A stretch of 63,427 nt of DNA, the filler included, from Eubacteriales bacterium (lineage in GTDB: Bacteria > Bacillota > Clostridia > Oscillospirales > CAG-382): NCBI GenBank assembly GCA_045636665.1. It is 5 parts of 5 records of this genome, joined end to end, with 100 filler letters (N's around TTAATTAATTAA, not from the genome) between each part and the next. Parts side by side here need not be neighbours in the genome. Positions count along the whole stretch, not along the records: positions 1 to 9,882 come from JAZTXY010000020.1; 4 more parts are not named here. One strand, 5' to 3'. The notes beneath the pieces are model-generated. The model had not been told where the DNA came from. It did not search any database and saw only the letters and a program-made list of their open reading frames with translations. The number at the start of each line of letters is the position of its first letter. The stretch's first letter is position 1. Both the position numbers and the translations under genes were made by a program. Of the stretch, positions 1-9,982 are shown in pieces.

Positions 1-246
1 CCTCACGGCGGCTTTGTTATCAGAAGCGGAAAAACCGGCTTTTACGGCGAGCATAACCATATTATAGAATATTCGTTAAAGCTCGATTCGAATCCCGAAT
101 TTACCGCATCGGTCATCGTTGCCTATGCACGCGCGGCGTACAGACTTAACAAAGAGGGTCAAAGCGGCTGTAAGACAGTGTTTGATATCGCACCCAAATA
201 TTTAAGCATTAAATCGAACGAAGAATTAAGGAAGGCGATGCTTTAA
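1..246 (+). CDS. ddh: meso-diaminopimelate dehydrogenase, C-terminal part (5' truncated)
   Basis: Frame 1 reads PHGGFVIRSG...YSLKLDSNPEFTASV...AYARA...GCKTVFDIAP, the typical Ddh C-terminus; TAA at 244-246. Confidence 0.9.
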   Translation, partial: PHGGFVIRSGKTGFYGEHNHIIEYSLKLDSNPEFTASVIVAYARAAYRLNKEGQSGCKTVFDIAPKYLSIKSNEELRKAML

Positions 247-1094
247 TGAAATTGAAAAAAGCTTTGATCGTTGTTTTTGTTCTTCTTGCCGTCGCATCGA
301 TAGGATTTTATGTATATGACATCGCTGTAAACGGAACACCCTACACCGAAAATCTTTTTAAGGTAGCTATCGTCGTGATTTCGTTCGGCATATCCATTGC
401 AAAGATGCTTGCAGGCGCAGGCTCGAGAAATCCTCTTGCTTTTTATGAAAAGCATTACGCGAAGGAGCTCGAGGGCGTATTTGTGCGCGATCCGAAATCA
501 CGCAAGAATTTGCTCGAAGCGATACGTCTTTTTAATGAATCGAAGTATCAAAAAGCAATCTCCGCATTTGAACAATTAAAATCTCTCCGTCCTTCAAAGC
601 ACGACCTCGGCGTTATATGCTTGTTTTCGGCTCTTTGCTATGAGGAATGGGGCTTGATGGATGAAGCGATAAGAGAATACAATCAAGTGCTCGATAACGT
701 TCCGCAAAACGCTACCGCATTAAGTAATCTCGGCATTCTTTATGCCAAAAAGAACGATTTCGGTAATGCTGTAGAGTGTTATAAAAAATCTATCGAAGCA
801 AACCCGAGCAATCATTTTGCAATCAACAACCTTGCTCAGCTTTATTACAGAGAGGGCGAATACGAGGGCGCGGTTGAATATTCGCTCAAGGCGTTGGAAA
901 TCTGCCCGAATTTCAAACCCTCTGCATCCTTGCTTGCGGTTATCTACGGCGGATACGGCTATGAAAAGGAATACGGAAAATACCTCAAAATTGCTGTTCA
1001 GGAGGGCGCTGATAAGGAGTCTATCGAATTGCTTGCCGAAACGGTAAGCGCGACTCTCGATGAGGACTCTTCTTTGCCCGAAGAACTCAGATAG
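246..1094 (+). CDS. membrane-anchored tetratricopeptide repeat protein
   Basis: Two N-terminal hydrophobic helices, then TPR motifs (ALSNLGILY...A..CYKKSIEANP; AINNLAQLYY...ALEICP). Confidence 0.8.
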   Translation: MKLKKALIVVFVLLAVASIGFYVYDIAVNGTPYTENLFKVAIVVISFGISIAKMLAGAGSRNPLAFYEKHYAKELEGVFVRDPKSRKNLLEAIRLFNESKYQKAISAFEQLKSLRPSKHDLGVICLFSALCYEEWGLMDEAIREYNQVLDNVPQNATALSNLGILYAKKNDFGNAVECYKKSIEANPSNHFAINNLAQLYYREGEYEGAVEYSLKALEICPNFKPSASLLAVIYGGYGYEKEYGKYLKIAVQEGADKESIELLAETVSATLDEDSSLPEELR

Positions 1095-1106
1095 TTAATA
1101 TGATTA

Positions 1107-1191
1107 GACATTTCGAACATAAGTAATTTCCTTTTGTTCGAAATGTCATATTGACAAAATATACTGTTTTGTGATACAATTGTTCGAAATG
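1107..1191 (+). promoter_or_regulatory. pyr operon sigma-A promoter with three TGTTCGAAATG operator-like sites
   Basis: TTGACA 1151-1156 and TGaTACAAT 1172-1180; 13-bp inverted repeat 1107-1119/1135-1147; third copy 1181-1191. Confidence 0.6.
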
Positions 1192-1238
1192 AGTCTGTGA
1201 GCGAAAACGTTAATAATTTCGCAGAAAGAGGAGTATTT

Positions 1239-2456
1239 ATGTCCGCTTTGGGTAAATTCAAAATCATACGAAATGAATCGATTTCGGGTTTTGCTCTTCA
1301 TTCCGAGGGTGTTTTGTCCTCTTTTGCAGACCTTTTTTCCAATGACAAAGAATATGTTGTTTTTCCCGGTTTTTGCGATGTGCATGTGCATTTTCGTGAA
1401 CCGGGTTTTTCTTATAAAGAAACGGTAAAAAGCGGCTCGCTTTCGGCGGCGCGCGGAGGTTATACCGCGGTCTGCACAATGCCGAACCTTAACCCGACTC
1501 CCGACAGTGTCGAAAATATAATGCTTCAAAAGGAAATTATCGATAGAGATTCGGTAATTAACGTCTATCCTTACGGTACGATAACCGTTAACGAAGCGGG
1601 TAACGAGCTTTCGGATATGTGCGGTATGCGCGATATTGCGATTGCCTTCACCGATGACGGCAGAGGCGTGCAATCCGATGATTTAATGCGCGAAGCAATG
1701 CTCAAAGCAAAGGCGCTTGATAAAATGATCGTCGCGCATTGCGAGGTGAATTCGCTTCTCAAGGGCGGATATATCCACGACGGCGTTTATGCGAAAGCCC
1801 ACAATCATCGCGGCATCTGCTCGGTAAGCTAATATGCGCAAATCGCACGCGATATCGAGCTTGTCAAGGAAATCGGGTGTAAATACCACGTTTGCCATAT
1901 CTCGACAAAGGAAAGCGTGGCGCTCATTCGCCAAGCGAAAAAGGACGGCGTCGATATAACCTGCGAAACCGGACCGCATTACTTGGTGCTTGACGATAAC
2001 GACCTTCAAGAGCACGGCAGGTTTAAAATGAATCCGCCGCTTCGCGGAAAAGAGGATAGGGAAGCGCTTATCGAGGGCATACTCGACGGCACGATCGATA
2101 TGATAGCGACCGACCACGCACCCCACTCTGCAGAAGAAAAATCGAAGGGACTTGAAAAAAGCGCATTCGGCATAGTAGGTTTGGAAACCGCATTCCCCGT
2201 GCTCTACACAAAACTTGTCAAAACGGGCGTGCTCACGTTTGAAAAGCTTGTCGATTTGCTCTGCATCAACCCAAGAAAACGCTTCGGTATCCCAATGGGT
2301 AACGATATAACGGTTTGGGACGTAAACGAAGAATTTACCGTCGATCCCAAGGATTTCCTTTCGATGGGCAAAGCAACCCCCTTCGAAGGCGAAAGACTTC
2401 AGGGCGTGTGTAAGCTCACCGTCAAGGACGGCAAAGCAATTTATAAAAATATTTAA
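1239..2456 (+). pseudogene. pyrC: dihydroorotase interrupted by an in-frame TAA at 1830-1832 (real nonsense mutation or base-call error)
   Basis: DVHVHFREPG, MPNL.P, ETGPHYL, KMNPPLR and ATDHAPH motifs lie in one frame across the stop; RBS GAGGAG before ATG 1239. Confidence 0.85.
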
Positions 2457-2491
2457 CAAACATAGAAGAAGTATTCAGGAGGGCTTTTAAA

Positions 2492-5400
2492 ATGGCAAAG
2501 AGAACAGACATTAAAAAGATTCTTATCATCGGTTCGGGACCTATCGTTATCGGTCAGGCGGCCGAATTTGACTATGCGGGAACACAAGCGTGCCTTGCTC
2601 TTAAGGAGGAGGGTTACGAGGTAGTTCTTTGTAACTCCAACCCCGCAACTATTATGACGGACACGAGTATCGCCGAAAAGTTGCATATGGAGCCGCTCAC
2701 TCTTGAATATATCGCGAAGATACTTCGCTATGAACGTCCCGATGCTATTCTTCCCGGTATCGGCGGTCAAACCGGTCTTAACCTTGCAATGCAGCTCGAA
2801 AAGAAGGGCGTTCTTCGCGAATGCGAGGTCGAGCTTTTGGGTACAAGCAGCGAATCTATCGAAAGAGCAGAAGACCGTGAGCTCTTTAAGGAGCTTTGCC
2901 AATCTATCGGCGAACCCACCATTCCTTCCGAAATCACTTACAGCATCGATGAAGCAAAGGAAGCTGCAAAGGCAATCGGTTATCCCGTTGTTCTCCGTCC
3001 TGCGTTCACTCTCGGCGGTACTGGCGGCGGATTTGCTAACAACGAAGAAGAGCTTGTTGAAATCGGTCTTAATGCGTTCAAGCTTTCTCCCGTACATCAG
3101 GTTCTTATCGAAAAGAGCGTTAAGGGCTATAAAGAAATCGAATTTGAGGTTATGCGTGACTCCAATGACCACGCAATAACCATCTGCGGTATGGAAAACG
3201 TCGACCCCGTCGGTGTCCACACCGGTGACTCGGTCGTTGTTGCGCCTATAATGACCCTTTCCGACCACGACCTTAAAATGCTTAACGACAGCGCTATCAA
3301 AATCATCCGCGAATTGAAGATTGAAGGCGGCTGTAACGTTCAATTTGCGCTCGATCCTCATTCGAGTCAGTACTACCTCATCGAGGTAAATCCCCGCGTT
3401 TCCCGTTCTTCCGCGCTCGCTTCCAAGGCAAGCGGATATCCCATCGCACGCGTAACCGCAAAAATTGCTGTCGGTATGGCACTTGAGGATACCGCTATCG
3501 CCAACACCAACGCGGCATTCGAGCCCCAGCTTGACTATGTAATCGCAAAGCTTCCGAGATTCCCGTTCGATAAATTCGCAACCGCACCCAATACCTTGGG
3601 CACCCAAATGAAGGCAACCGGCGAAATTATGAGCATCGGCTCGAATCTCGAGGAATGCTTCCTTAAAGCGGTTCGTTCGCTTGAAACGGGCGCAGACCAC
3701 TATTGCATTCCCAAGTTTACCAATATGCCCACCGAAGAAATTCTTGAATACATCCACGTGTTCAAGGATGATACCTTGTTCGGTGTTTGTGAGCTTTTCC
3801 GTCGCGGCGAATCTATCGATAAAATTCACGACATCACAAAAATTACCCCCTATTTCCTTGAAGCGTATAAGAATATCGTCGATACCGAAGCAAAGCTTAA
3901 AGCGAACGTCGGCAATATCGAAATGCTTAAGGAAGCGAAGAAGCTCGGCTTCTGCGACAAGATTATCGCAAAGCTTTGGGGAATGAACGAGCTCGATATT
4001 TTCGCGCTTAGAAAGCAGGAAAATATTTTCCCCGTTTACCGTATGGTAGATACCTGCCACACCGGCGCGTATATTCCTTACTTCTATTCTTCCTACACCG
4101 GCGAAAATGCGTCGATCGTTACCGATAAGCAAAAAATCGTTGTTCTCGGTGCAGGTCCTATCCGTATCGGTCAGGGCGTTGAATTTGACTATTCCACCGT
4201 TCACGCGGTAACCACTATCAAAAAATCGGGCTATGAAGCTATCATCGTAAACAACAACCCCGAAACCGTTTCTACCGACTATACTACCGCAGATAAGCTT
4301 TATTTTGAACCGCTCACTCCCGAAGACGTTATGAACATTATCGAGCTTGAAAAGCCTATCGGCGTAATTGCATCGCTCGGCGGACAAACCGCCATCAACC
4401 TTGCGGAACCGCTTATGAAGCGCGGCGTTAAGATTATCGGCACCGATTGCGAAGCTATCGACCGTGCTGAAAACCGCGATTCGTTTGAAAGCCTTCTTTC
4501 CTCGCTCGGTATTCCTCAGCCCAAGGGCAAGGCGGTTACCAACATCGAAGACGGTATCGCCGCTGCATCGGAAATCGGCTATCCCGTTCTTGTTCGTCCC
4601 TCCTTCGTACTCGGCGGACGCGCAATGCAGATAGTTGCAAACGAAGAACAGCTTCGCCGCTACCTCCGCACCGCGGTTGAAATCGATGAGGACAAGCCCG
4701 TTCTTGTTGATAAATATATCGAGGGTAAGGAAGTCGAGGTCGACGCTATCTGTGACGGACGCGACGTTTTCGTTCCCGGTATTATGGAGCTTGTTGAACG
4801 TACCGGCGTTCACTCCGGCGACTCGATAAGCGTATATCCCGCATTCAGCATCTCCGATAAGGTAAAGGGCACCATCCTCCAATACGCAAAGAAGTTGGGT
4901 CTTGGTGTCGGCATCGTCGGCTTGTTCAATATCCAGTTCATCGTCGATAAGGATGAAAACGTATTCATCATCGAGGTTAACCCCCGTTCCTCGCGTACCG
5001 TACCCTTCCTTTCCAAGGCAACGGGCTACAGCCTTGCGGATATCGCAACCGAGGTAATTCTCGGCAAGAGCTTGAAGGAGCAGGGAATATTCGATATCTA
5101 TCCCGACGAAAAGAAGCGCTGGTATGTAAAGGTTCCCGTATTCTCGTTCAATAAGATTCGCGGACTTGATGCATATCTCTCTCCCGAAATGAAGTCCACC
5201 GGCGAAGCAATCGGTTATGACGATAAGCTCAACCGCGCACTCTTCAAGGCGCTTCAGGCATCGGGTATGCACCTCCAAAACTACGGCACCGTATTCGCAA
5301 CCGTTGCGGATAAGGACAAAGAGGAAGCGCTTCCTCTCATCCGCCGCTTCTACAACCTCGGCTTCAACATCCAAGCAACCGAGGGCACCGCGCAGTTCTT

Positions 5401-5665
5401 AAAGAGCAACGGTATCCGTACTCACGTTCTTAATAAGATCGGCAGCGGCTCGAACGAAATTCCCGAAGCAATCCGTCAGGGCCATATCGCATATATCATC
5501 AACACCCGTGACATCTCCGCGCACGCACAAGCAAGCGACGGTTATGAAATCCGCCACCTTGCAACCGAAAACAACGTGACTATTTTCACTTCCTTGGATA
5601 CCGTTCGTGTGCTTCTCGACGTACTCGAGGAAACCACTCTCACAATCTCCACTATCGATTCATAA
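2492..5665 (+). CDS. carB: carbamoyl-phosphate synthase large subunit
   Basis: IGSGPIVIGQAAEFDYAG, EVNPRVSRSS, GAGPIRIGQGVEFDY; two ATP-grasp halves plus MGS domain, 1057 aa. Confidence 0.98.
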   Translation: MAKRTDIKKILIIGSGPIVIGQAAEFDYAGTQACLALKEEGYEVVLCNSNPATIMTDTSIAEKLHMEPLTLEYIAKILRYERPDAILPGIGGQTGLNLAMQLEKKGVLRECEVELLGTSSESIERAEDRELFKELCQSIGEPTIPSEITYSIDEAKEAAKAIGYPVVLRPAFTLGGTGGGFANNEEELVEIGLNAFKLSPVHQVLIEKSVKGYKEIEFEVMRDSNDHAITICGMENVDPVGVHTGDSVVVAPIMTLSDHDLKMLNDSAIKIIRELKIEGGCNVQFALDPHSSQYYLIEVNPRVSRSSALASKASGYPIARVTAKIAVGMALEDTAIANTNAAFEPQLDYVIAKLPRFPFDKFATAPNTLGTQMKATGEIMSIGSNLEECFLKAVRSLETGADHYCIPKFTNMPTEEILEYIHVFKDDTLFGVCELFRRGESIDKIHDITKITPYFLEAYKNIVDTEAKLKANVGNIEMLKEAKKLGFCDKIIAKLWGMNELDIFALRKQENIFPVYRMVDTCHTGAYIPYFYSSYTGENASIVTDKQKIVVLGAGPIRIGQGVEFDYSTVHAVTTIKKSGYEAIIVNNNPETVSTDYTTADKLYFEPLTPEDVMNIIELEKPIGVIASLGGQTAINLAEPLMKRGVKIIGTDCEAIDRAENRDSFESLLSSLGIPQPKGKAVTNIEDGIAAASEIGYPVLVRPSFVLGGRAMQIVANEEQLRRYLRTAVEIDEDKPVLVDKYIEGKEVEVDAICDGRDVFVPGIMELVERTGVHSGDSISVYPAFSISDKVKGTILQYAKKLGLGVGIVGLFNIQFIVDKDENVFIIEVNPRSSRTVPFLSKATGYSLADIATEVILGKSLKEQGIFDIYPDEKKRWYVKVPVFSFNKIRGLDAYLSPEMKSTGEAIGYDDKLNRALFKALQASGMHLQNYGTVFATVADKDKEEALPLIRRFYNLGFNIQATEGTAQFLKSNGIRTHVLNKIGSGSNEIPEAIRQGHIAYIINTRDISAHAQASDGYEIRHLATENNVTIFTSLDTVRVLLDVLEETTLTISTIDS

Positions 5666-5677
5666 AAGGTTTGAGCT

Positions 5678-6406
5678 ATGAAGCAATCTCTGTTTCAAAT
5701 TATCGAAAACATACATCTTACCGATAACGTTATGCGTATGCGCCTTCAAGGCGATACGAGCGCAATAACCGCATCGGGACAGTTCATCAACATTAAATTA
5801 GACGGTCTTTTCCTTCGCCGTCCCATCTCTGTGTGTGACTGCGAAGGCGATACCGTAACCATCATCTATAAGGTTGTCGGCAAGGGTACCGAGCAAATGT
5901 CGAAAATGACAAACGGAACTCTCGACGTGCTCACAGGCCTCGGCAACGGTTATGATACCTCTCTTTCGGGCGACAAACCGCTCCTTATCGGCGGCGGTGT
6001 CGGTGTTCCTCCGATGTATCTCCTTGCGAAAAAGCTTATCGGAGAGGGAAAGGAAGTATCTGTAATTCTCGGCTTCAACACCAAAAACGAAGTGTTTTAC
6101 GAGGAAGAATTCAAAGCTCTCGGCTGTAAGGTCGGCGTTACCACTGTCGACGGAAGCCACGGTACAAAGGGCTTTGTAACCGCGCTTATGGATGGCGCCG
6201 ACTATACCTATACCTTCTGCTGCGGCCCCGAACCTATGCTCAAGGCGGTATTCAACTCGTCTGAAACCTCGGGACAGTACAGCTTTGAAGAACGTATGGG
6301 CTGCGGCTTCGGTGCTTGTATGGGATGCTCCTGCAAAACCGTTACCGGCTATAAGCGTATCTGTAAAGAAGGTCCCGTGCTTTATAAGGAGGAGATCTTA
6401 TGGTAA
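5678..6406 (+). CDS. pyrK: dihydroorotate dehydrogenase electron transfer subunit
   Basis: LRRPISV, GGGVGVPP, CGPEPML, EERMGCGFGACMGC 2Fe-2S motif. Confidence 0.96.
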   Translation: MKQSLFQIIENIHLTDNVMRMRLQGDTSAITASGQFINIKLDGLFLRRPISVCDCEGDTVTIIYKVVGKGTEQMSKMTNGTLDVLTGLGNGYDTSLSGDKPLLIGGGVGVPPMYLLAKKLIGEGKEVSVILGFNTKNEVFYEEEFKALGCKVGVTTVDGSHGTKGFVTALMDGADYTYTFCCGPEPMLKAVFNSSETSGQYSFEERMGCGFGACMGCSCKTVTGYKRICKEGPVLYKEEILW

Positions 6407-7317
6407 ACACAAAAGTAGATCTCTGCGGAATAACGCTTGACAATCCCGTTATCCCCGCAAGCGGAACGTTCGGCTTCGGCTATGAATTTGCCGAGCTGTA
6501 CGACATAAATCTTCTCGGCACGTTTTCCTTTAAGGGAACGACCAAGGAGCCGCGCTTTGGCAATCCCACACCGCGTATTGCCGAATGCACCTCGGGTATG
6601 ATAAACGCTGTCGGACTTCAAAACCCCGGCGTTGAAAAGGTTATTTCCGAGGAACTCCCCAAGCTTCAAAAATGCTTTAACAAAAAGGTTATGGCAAACG
6701 TATCGGGCTTTTCGGTGGAGGAATACGCATACACCTGCGAAAAGCTTGATAAATGCGAGCAGGTAGGTTGGCTTGAGGTTAATATCAGCTGTCCCAACGT
6801 ACACGGCGGCGGTATGTCCTTCGGTACCGATCCCGAAGCGGCGGCAGAGGTAACCCGCGCAGTCAAATCGGTCACCAAAAAGCCGGTAATCTTAAAGCTT
6901 TCTCCCAACGTTACCGACATCGTCGCAATCGCAAAGGCGTGCGAAAAGGCAGGCGCCGACGGAATAAGCCTTATAAACACAATGCTCGGTATGCGCATTG
7001 ATCTTAACAGAAAAAAACCGATAATTGCCAACAAAATGGGCGGCTTTTCGGGCAAGGCAATCTTTCCCGTGGCGGTCAGAATGGTCTATCAGGTATCTTC
7101 TGCCGTCGAGGTTCCGGTTATCGGTATGGGCGGCGTAAGCTGTGCCGATGACGTTATCGAAATGATGCTTGCGGGCGCAACTGCGGTCGAGGTGGGTGCG
7201 CAAAACCTTGTTGATCCCTTTGCTTGCAAGACAATCGTCGAGGAATTGCCCAAGGCGATGGAAAAATACAGAATAGAAAATTTAAAAGATATAATAGGAG
7301 CAGCACACAATGGGTAA
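6400..7317 (+). CDS. pyrD: dihydroorotate dehydrogenase class 1B catalytic subunit
   Basis: [33 protein letters not shown]. Confidence 0.97.
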   Translation: MVNTKVDLCGITLDNPVIPASGTFGFGYEFAELYDINLLGTFSFKGTTKEPRFGNPTPRIAECTSGMINAVGLQNPGVEKVISEELPKLQKCFNKKVMANVSGFSVEEYAYTCEKLDKCEQVGWLEVNISCPNVHGGGMSFGTDPEAAAEVTRAVKSVTKKPVILKLSPNVTDIVAIAKACEKAGADGISLINTMLGMRIDLNRKKPIIANKMGGFSGKAIFPVAVRMVYQVSSAVEVPVIGMGGVSCADDVIEMMLAGATAVEVGAQNLVDPFACKTIVEELPKAMEKYRIENLKDIIGAAHNG

Positions 7318-8008
7318 GGACGTAATCATCGCTTGTGACTTTTCAAGCGCAGAAAAAACCTTTGAATTTCTCGATAAATTCACCGGTAAAAAACCTTTTG
7401 TAAAAATCGGTATGGAGCTTTATTATGCCGAAGGTCCCGCAATCGTTCGCGAGATTAAGGCAAGAGGACATAAAATATTCCTCGATTTGAAGCTTCACGA
7501 TATTCCCAATACCGTTAAAAAGTCTATGGCGGTGCTTTCCAACCTCGGTGTCGATATAACCAACCTCCACGCAGGCGGCACAGTGCGTATGATGGAAGCC
7601 GCTATTGAAGGACTCACCCGTCCCGACGGAAGCCGTCCTCTCCTCATCGCGGTTACCCAGCTCACAAGTACCGACCAAGAAAGCATGGAAAACGACCTCC
7701 TTATCAAAGCGCCTATCGACGAAGTAGTAATGCACTATGCCGAAAACGCTAAAAAAGCAGGTCTTGACGGTGTCGTTTGCTCGCCGCTTGAAGCAGGCAA
7801 GGTTCACGAACGTTGCGGCGACAGCTTTATTACCGTAACCCCCGGCGTACGCTTTGCCGATGGCGAAATCGGCGACCAAAAGCGCGTTATGACACCCGAA
7901 CAAGCGAAGCTCATCGGCTCCGACTACATCGTTGTCGGCAGACCTATCACTGCCGCAGAAGACCCCGTTGCCGCATACGAACGTTGCGTGCGCGAGTTTG
8001 TTGATTAA
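7310..8008 (+). CDS. pyrF: orotidine-5'-phosphate decarboxylase
   Basis: [27 protein letters not shown]. Confidence 0.98.
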   Translation: MGKDVIIACDFSSAEKTFEFLDKFTGKKPFVKIGMELYYAEGPAIVREIKARGHKIFLDLKLHDIPNTVKKSMAVLSNLGVDITNLHAGGTVRMMEAAIEGLTRPDGSRPLLIAVTQLTSTDQESMENDLLIKAPIDEVVMHYAENAKKAGLDGVVCSPLEAGKVHERCGDSFITVTPGVRFADGEIGDQKRVMTPEQAKLIGSDYIVVGRPITAAEDPVAAYERCVREFVD

Positions 8009-8023
8009 CAGGAGGGCTTTATA

Positions 8024-8680
8024 ATGGAAGGATACAAAAGAGAGTTTATTCAATTTTTACAATCCGCAGGCGTACTTAAATTCGGCGATTTTACCGCAAA
8101 AAGCGGCAGAAAAATCCCTTATTTCATCAATGCGGGCGAAATCAAAACAGGCGAACAAATCCAAAAATTAGGCGAATTCTATGCGAAAGCATATTTTGAA
8201 AAAATCGGAAACAAAAGAACCGTTCTTTACGGACCTGCATACAAGGGCATCTCTATCGCCGTTTCCGCGGCAGTAGCACTTGCGAAAAACGGCCTTGACG
8301 TTCCTTTCTTCTTCAACCGTAAAGAGGCAAAGGACCACGGCGAAGGCGGCGTTTTCGTCGGCTACGTTCCCAAGGCAGGCGAAGAAATCGTTATCGTTGA
8401 AGACGTTATCACCGCAGGCACCGCTATCCGCGAAAGTATGGCTATCCTTTCCTCTGTCGAAGGGGCGAAGGTTGCCGCAACCTTCGTAATGGTTGACCGT
8501 AAGGAAAAGGGCAAGACCGAAAAATCCGCTATGGCAGAAGTCGGCGAGGAATTCGGTTTCCCCGTATATTCGGTTGTTGACGTTTACGATATCATCGAAT
8601 ATCTTGAAGAAGACGAATCCAACAAGGAAAACGTTGAACGTATCAAAAATTATCTCGCTGTAAACGGAGCAAAGCAATGA
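8024..8680 (+). CDS. pyrE: orotate phosphoribosyltransferase
   Basis: FGDFTAKSGR, GPAYKGI, NRKEAKDHGEGG, VEDVITAGT. Confidence 0.97.
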   Translation: MEGYKREFIQFLQSAGVLKFGDFTAKSGRKIPYFINAGEIKTGEQIQKLGEFYAKAYFEKIGNKRTVLYGPAYKGISIAVSAAVALAKNGLDVPFFFNRKEAKDHGEGGVFVGYVPKAGEEIVIVEDVITAGTAIRESMAILSSVEGAKVAATFVMVDRKEKGKTEKSAMAEVGEEFGFPVYSVVDVYDIIEYLEEDESNKENVERIKNYLAVNGAKQ

Positions 8681-9753
8681 GAAGCGTAATCGATATCCTC
8701 GATCTTACAGTAAGCGAATTGGATGAGCTTATCAAAACCGCTTGCGATATGATTGAAAACCCCGAAAAATATTTGGAATGCTGCCGCGGCAAAAAGCTCG
8801 CAACCCTCTTTTTCGAGCCGTCAACAAGAACCCGTCTTTCCTTCGAGTCCGCAATGCTCGAATTGGGCGGCTCTGTCATCGGCTTTTCGGATGCGAAGAA
8901 TACCTCGGCTTCAAAGGGCGAAACCGTTGCCGACACCGCGCGTGTGGTAAGCTGTTATGCCGATATAATCGCAATGCGTCACCCCTTGGAGGGCGCACCG
9001 TTGGTTGCTTCGCTTAACGCAAGCATTCCGGTTATCAACGCAGGCGACGGCGGACACGCACACCCCACCCAAACCCTTGCCGATTTGCTTACCATTCACC
9101 GCGAAAAGGGAAGATTTAACGACCTTACCGTCGGTTTTTGCGGCGACTTGAAATACGGCAGACCCGTTCATTCGCTCATTCACGCACTTTCGAGATACAG
9201 CGGAATCAAAATCGTGCTTATCTCTCCCGATGAGCTTGTGCTTCCCGAAAATATCAAGCGTGACGTTATCGAAAAGCATAATATGCCTTATCAAGAAACC
9301 GATGACCTTGAATCGGTATTGCCCGAATTGGATATTCTTTATATGACAAGAGTCCAAGGCGAGCGCTTTGACGATCAGGATGAATATGAACGCCTCAAAT
9401 CGCGTTATATCCTTAATGCCGAAAAGCTTAAGAACGCAAAATCCGATATGATCGTTCTCCATCCGCTTCCCAGAGTAGAAGAAATTTCGGTTGACGTCGA
9501 TAAGGATGAAAGAGCTTGCTACTTCAAGCAGGTTGCAAACGGAAAGATAATGCGTAAAGCATTGATACTCAAGCTTTTAAGCGAAGCGAAGCTTGAACAC
9601 CCTGCAAGAAACGGCGAATTTACATATACCGAAGCCAACCTTTGCACCAACAAGCGCTGCATCTCGCAAATTGAACGCGGACTTGATTTTGCCGTCCTTT
9701 CCAACGGCGAAAGCAAGTGCTGTGCTTATTGCGAATCGGTTATAAAAAATTAG
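8677..9753 (+). CDS. pyrB: aspartate carbamoyltransferase with C-terminal PyrI-like Zn-binding extension
   Basis: FFEPSTRTRLSF, NAGDG.HAHPTQTL, HPLPR; C-terminal CTNKRCIS...CAYCE. Confidence 0.95.
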   Translation: MRSVIDILDLTVSELDELIKTACDMIENPEKYLECCRGKKLATLFFEPSTRTRLSFESAMLELGGSVIGFSDAKNTSASKGETVADTARVVSCYADIIAMRHPLEGAPLVASLNASIPVINAGDGGHAHPTQTLADLLTIHREKGRFNDLTVGFCGDLKYGRPVHSLIHALSRYSGIKIVLISPDELVLPENIKRDVIEKHNMPYQETDDLESVLPELDILYMTRVQGERFDDQDEYERLKSRYILNAEKLKNAKSDMIVLHPLPRVEEISVDVDKDERACYFKQVANGKIMRKALILKLLSEAKLEHPARNGEFTYTEANLCTNKRCISQIERGLDFAVLSNGESKCCAYCESVIKN

Positions 9754-9807
9754 TATAATTTGATGTTTAAAAACCGACAAAATTATATATTTTTGTAACG
9801 ATGTGCC

Positions 9808-9836
9808 TTGACATAAAAATAGCGGTATGATATAAT
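9808..9836 (+). promoter_or_regulatory. sigma-A promoter upstream of a ZTP riboswitch
   Basis: TTGACA 9808-9813, 17-bp spacer, TGaTATAAT 9828-9836. Confidence 0.8.
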
Positions 9837-9849
9837 TAAAGCATAAATT

Positions 9850-9882
9850 TTTCGGTTCTTTGCGACTGACGGATAATTGTGG
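9850..9882 (+). ncRNA. ZMP/ZTP (pfl) riboswitch, 5' part, cut by contig end
   Basis: GCGACTGACGGA...GTGG matches the 5' conserved core of the pfl/ZTP aptamer just after a strong promoter; the 3' half is missing. Confidence 0.6.
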
Positions 9883-9982
9883 NNNNNNNNNNNNNNNNNN
9901 NNNNNNNNNNNNNNNNNNNNNNNNNNTTAATTAATTAANNNNNNNNNNNNNNNNNNNNNNNNNNNNNNNNNNNNNNNNNNNN
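9883..9982. other. artificial contig linker
   Basis: N44-TTAATTAATTAA-N44, which has stops in all six frames. Confidence 0.99.

Noticed and set aside
1107..1191. LexA boxes at the pyr promoter
   Set aside because: Only CGAAC/GTTCG half-sites; the spacing is not N4, unlike the perfect box at 47899-47912
1830..1832. Stop-codon reassignment or programmed read-through in pyrC
   Set aside because: TAA ends many other genes here at the expected positions; a single G>T change explains it
2453..5374. 973-aa antisense ORF over carB, and similar long antisense ORFs over galE, clp and rpsA
   Set aside because: Shadow ORFs caused by biased codon usage of the real genes; no recognisable motifs
9883..9982. 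Repeated TTAATTAATTAA inside N runs (four times)
   Set aside because: Artificial six-frame-stop linker between contigs; adjacency across linkers has no biological meaning
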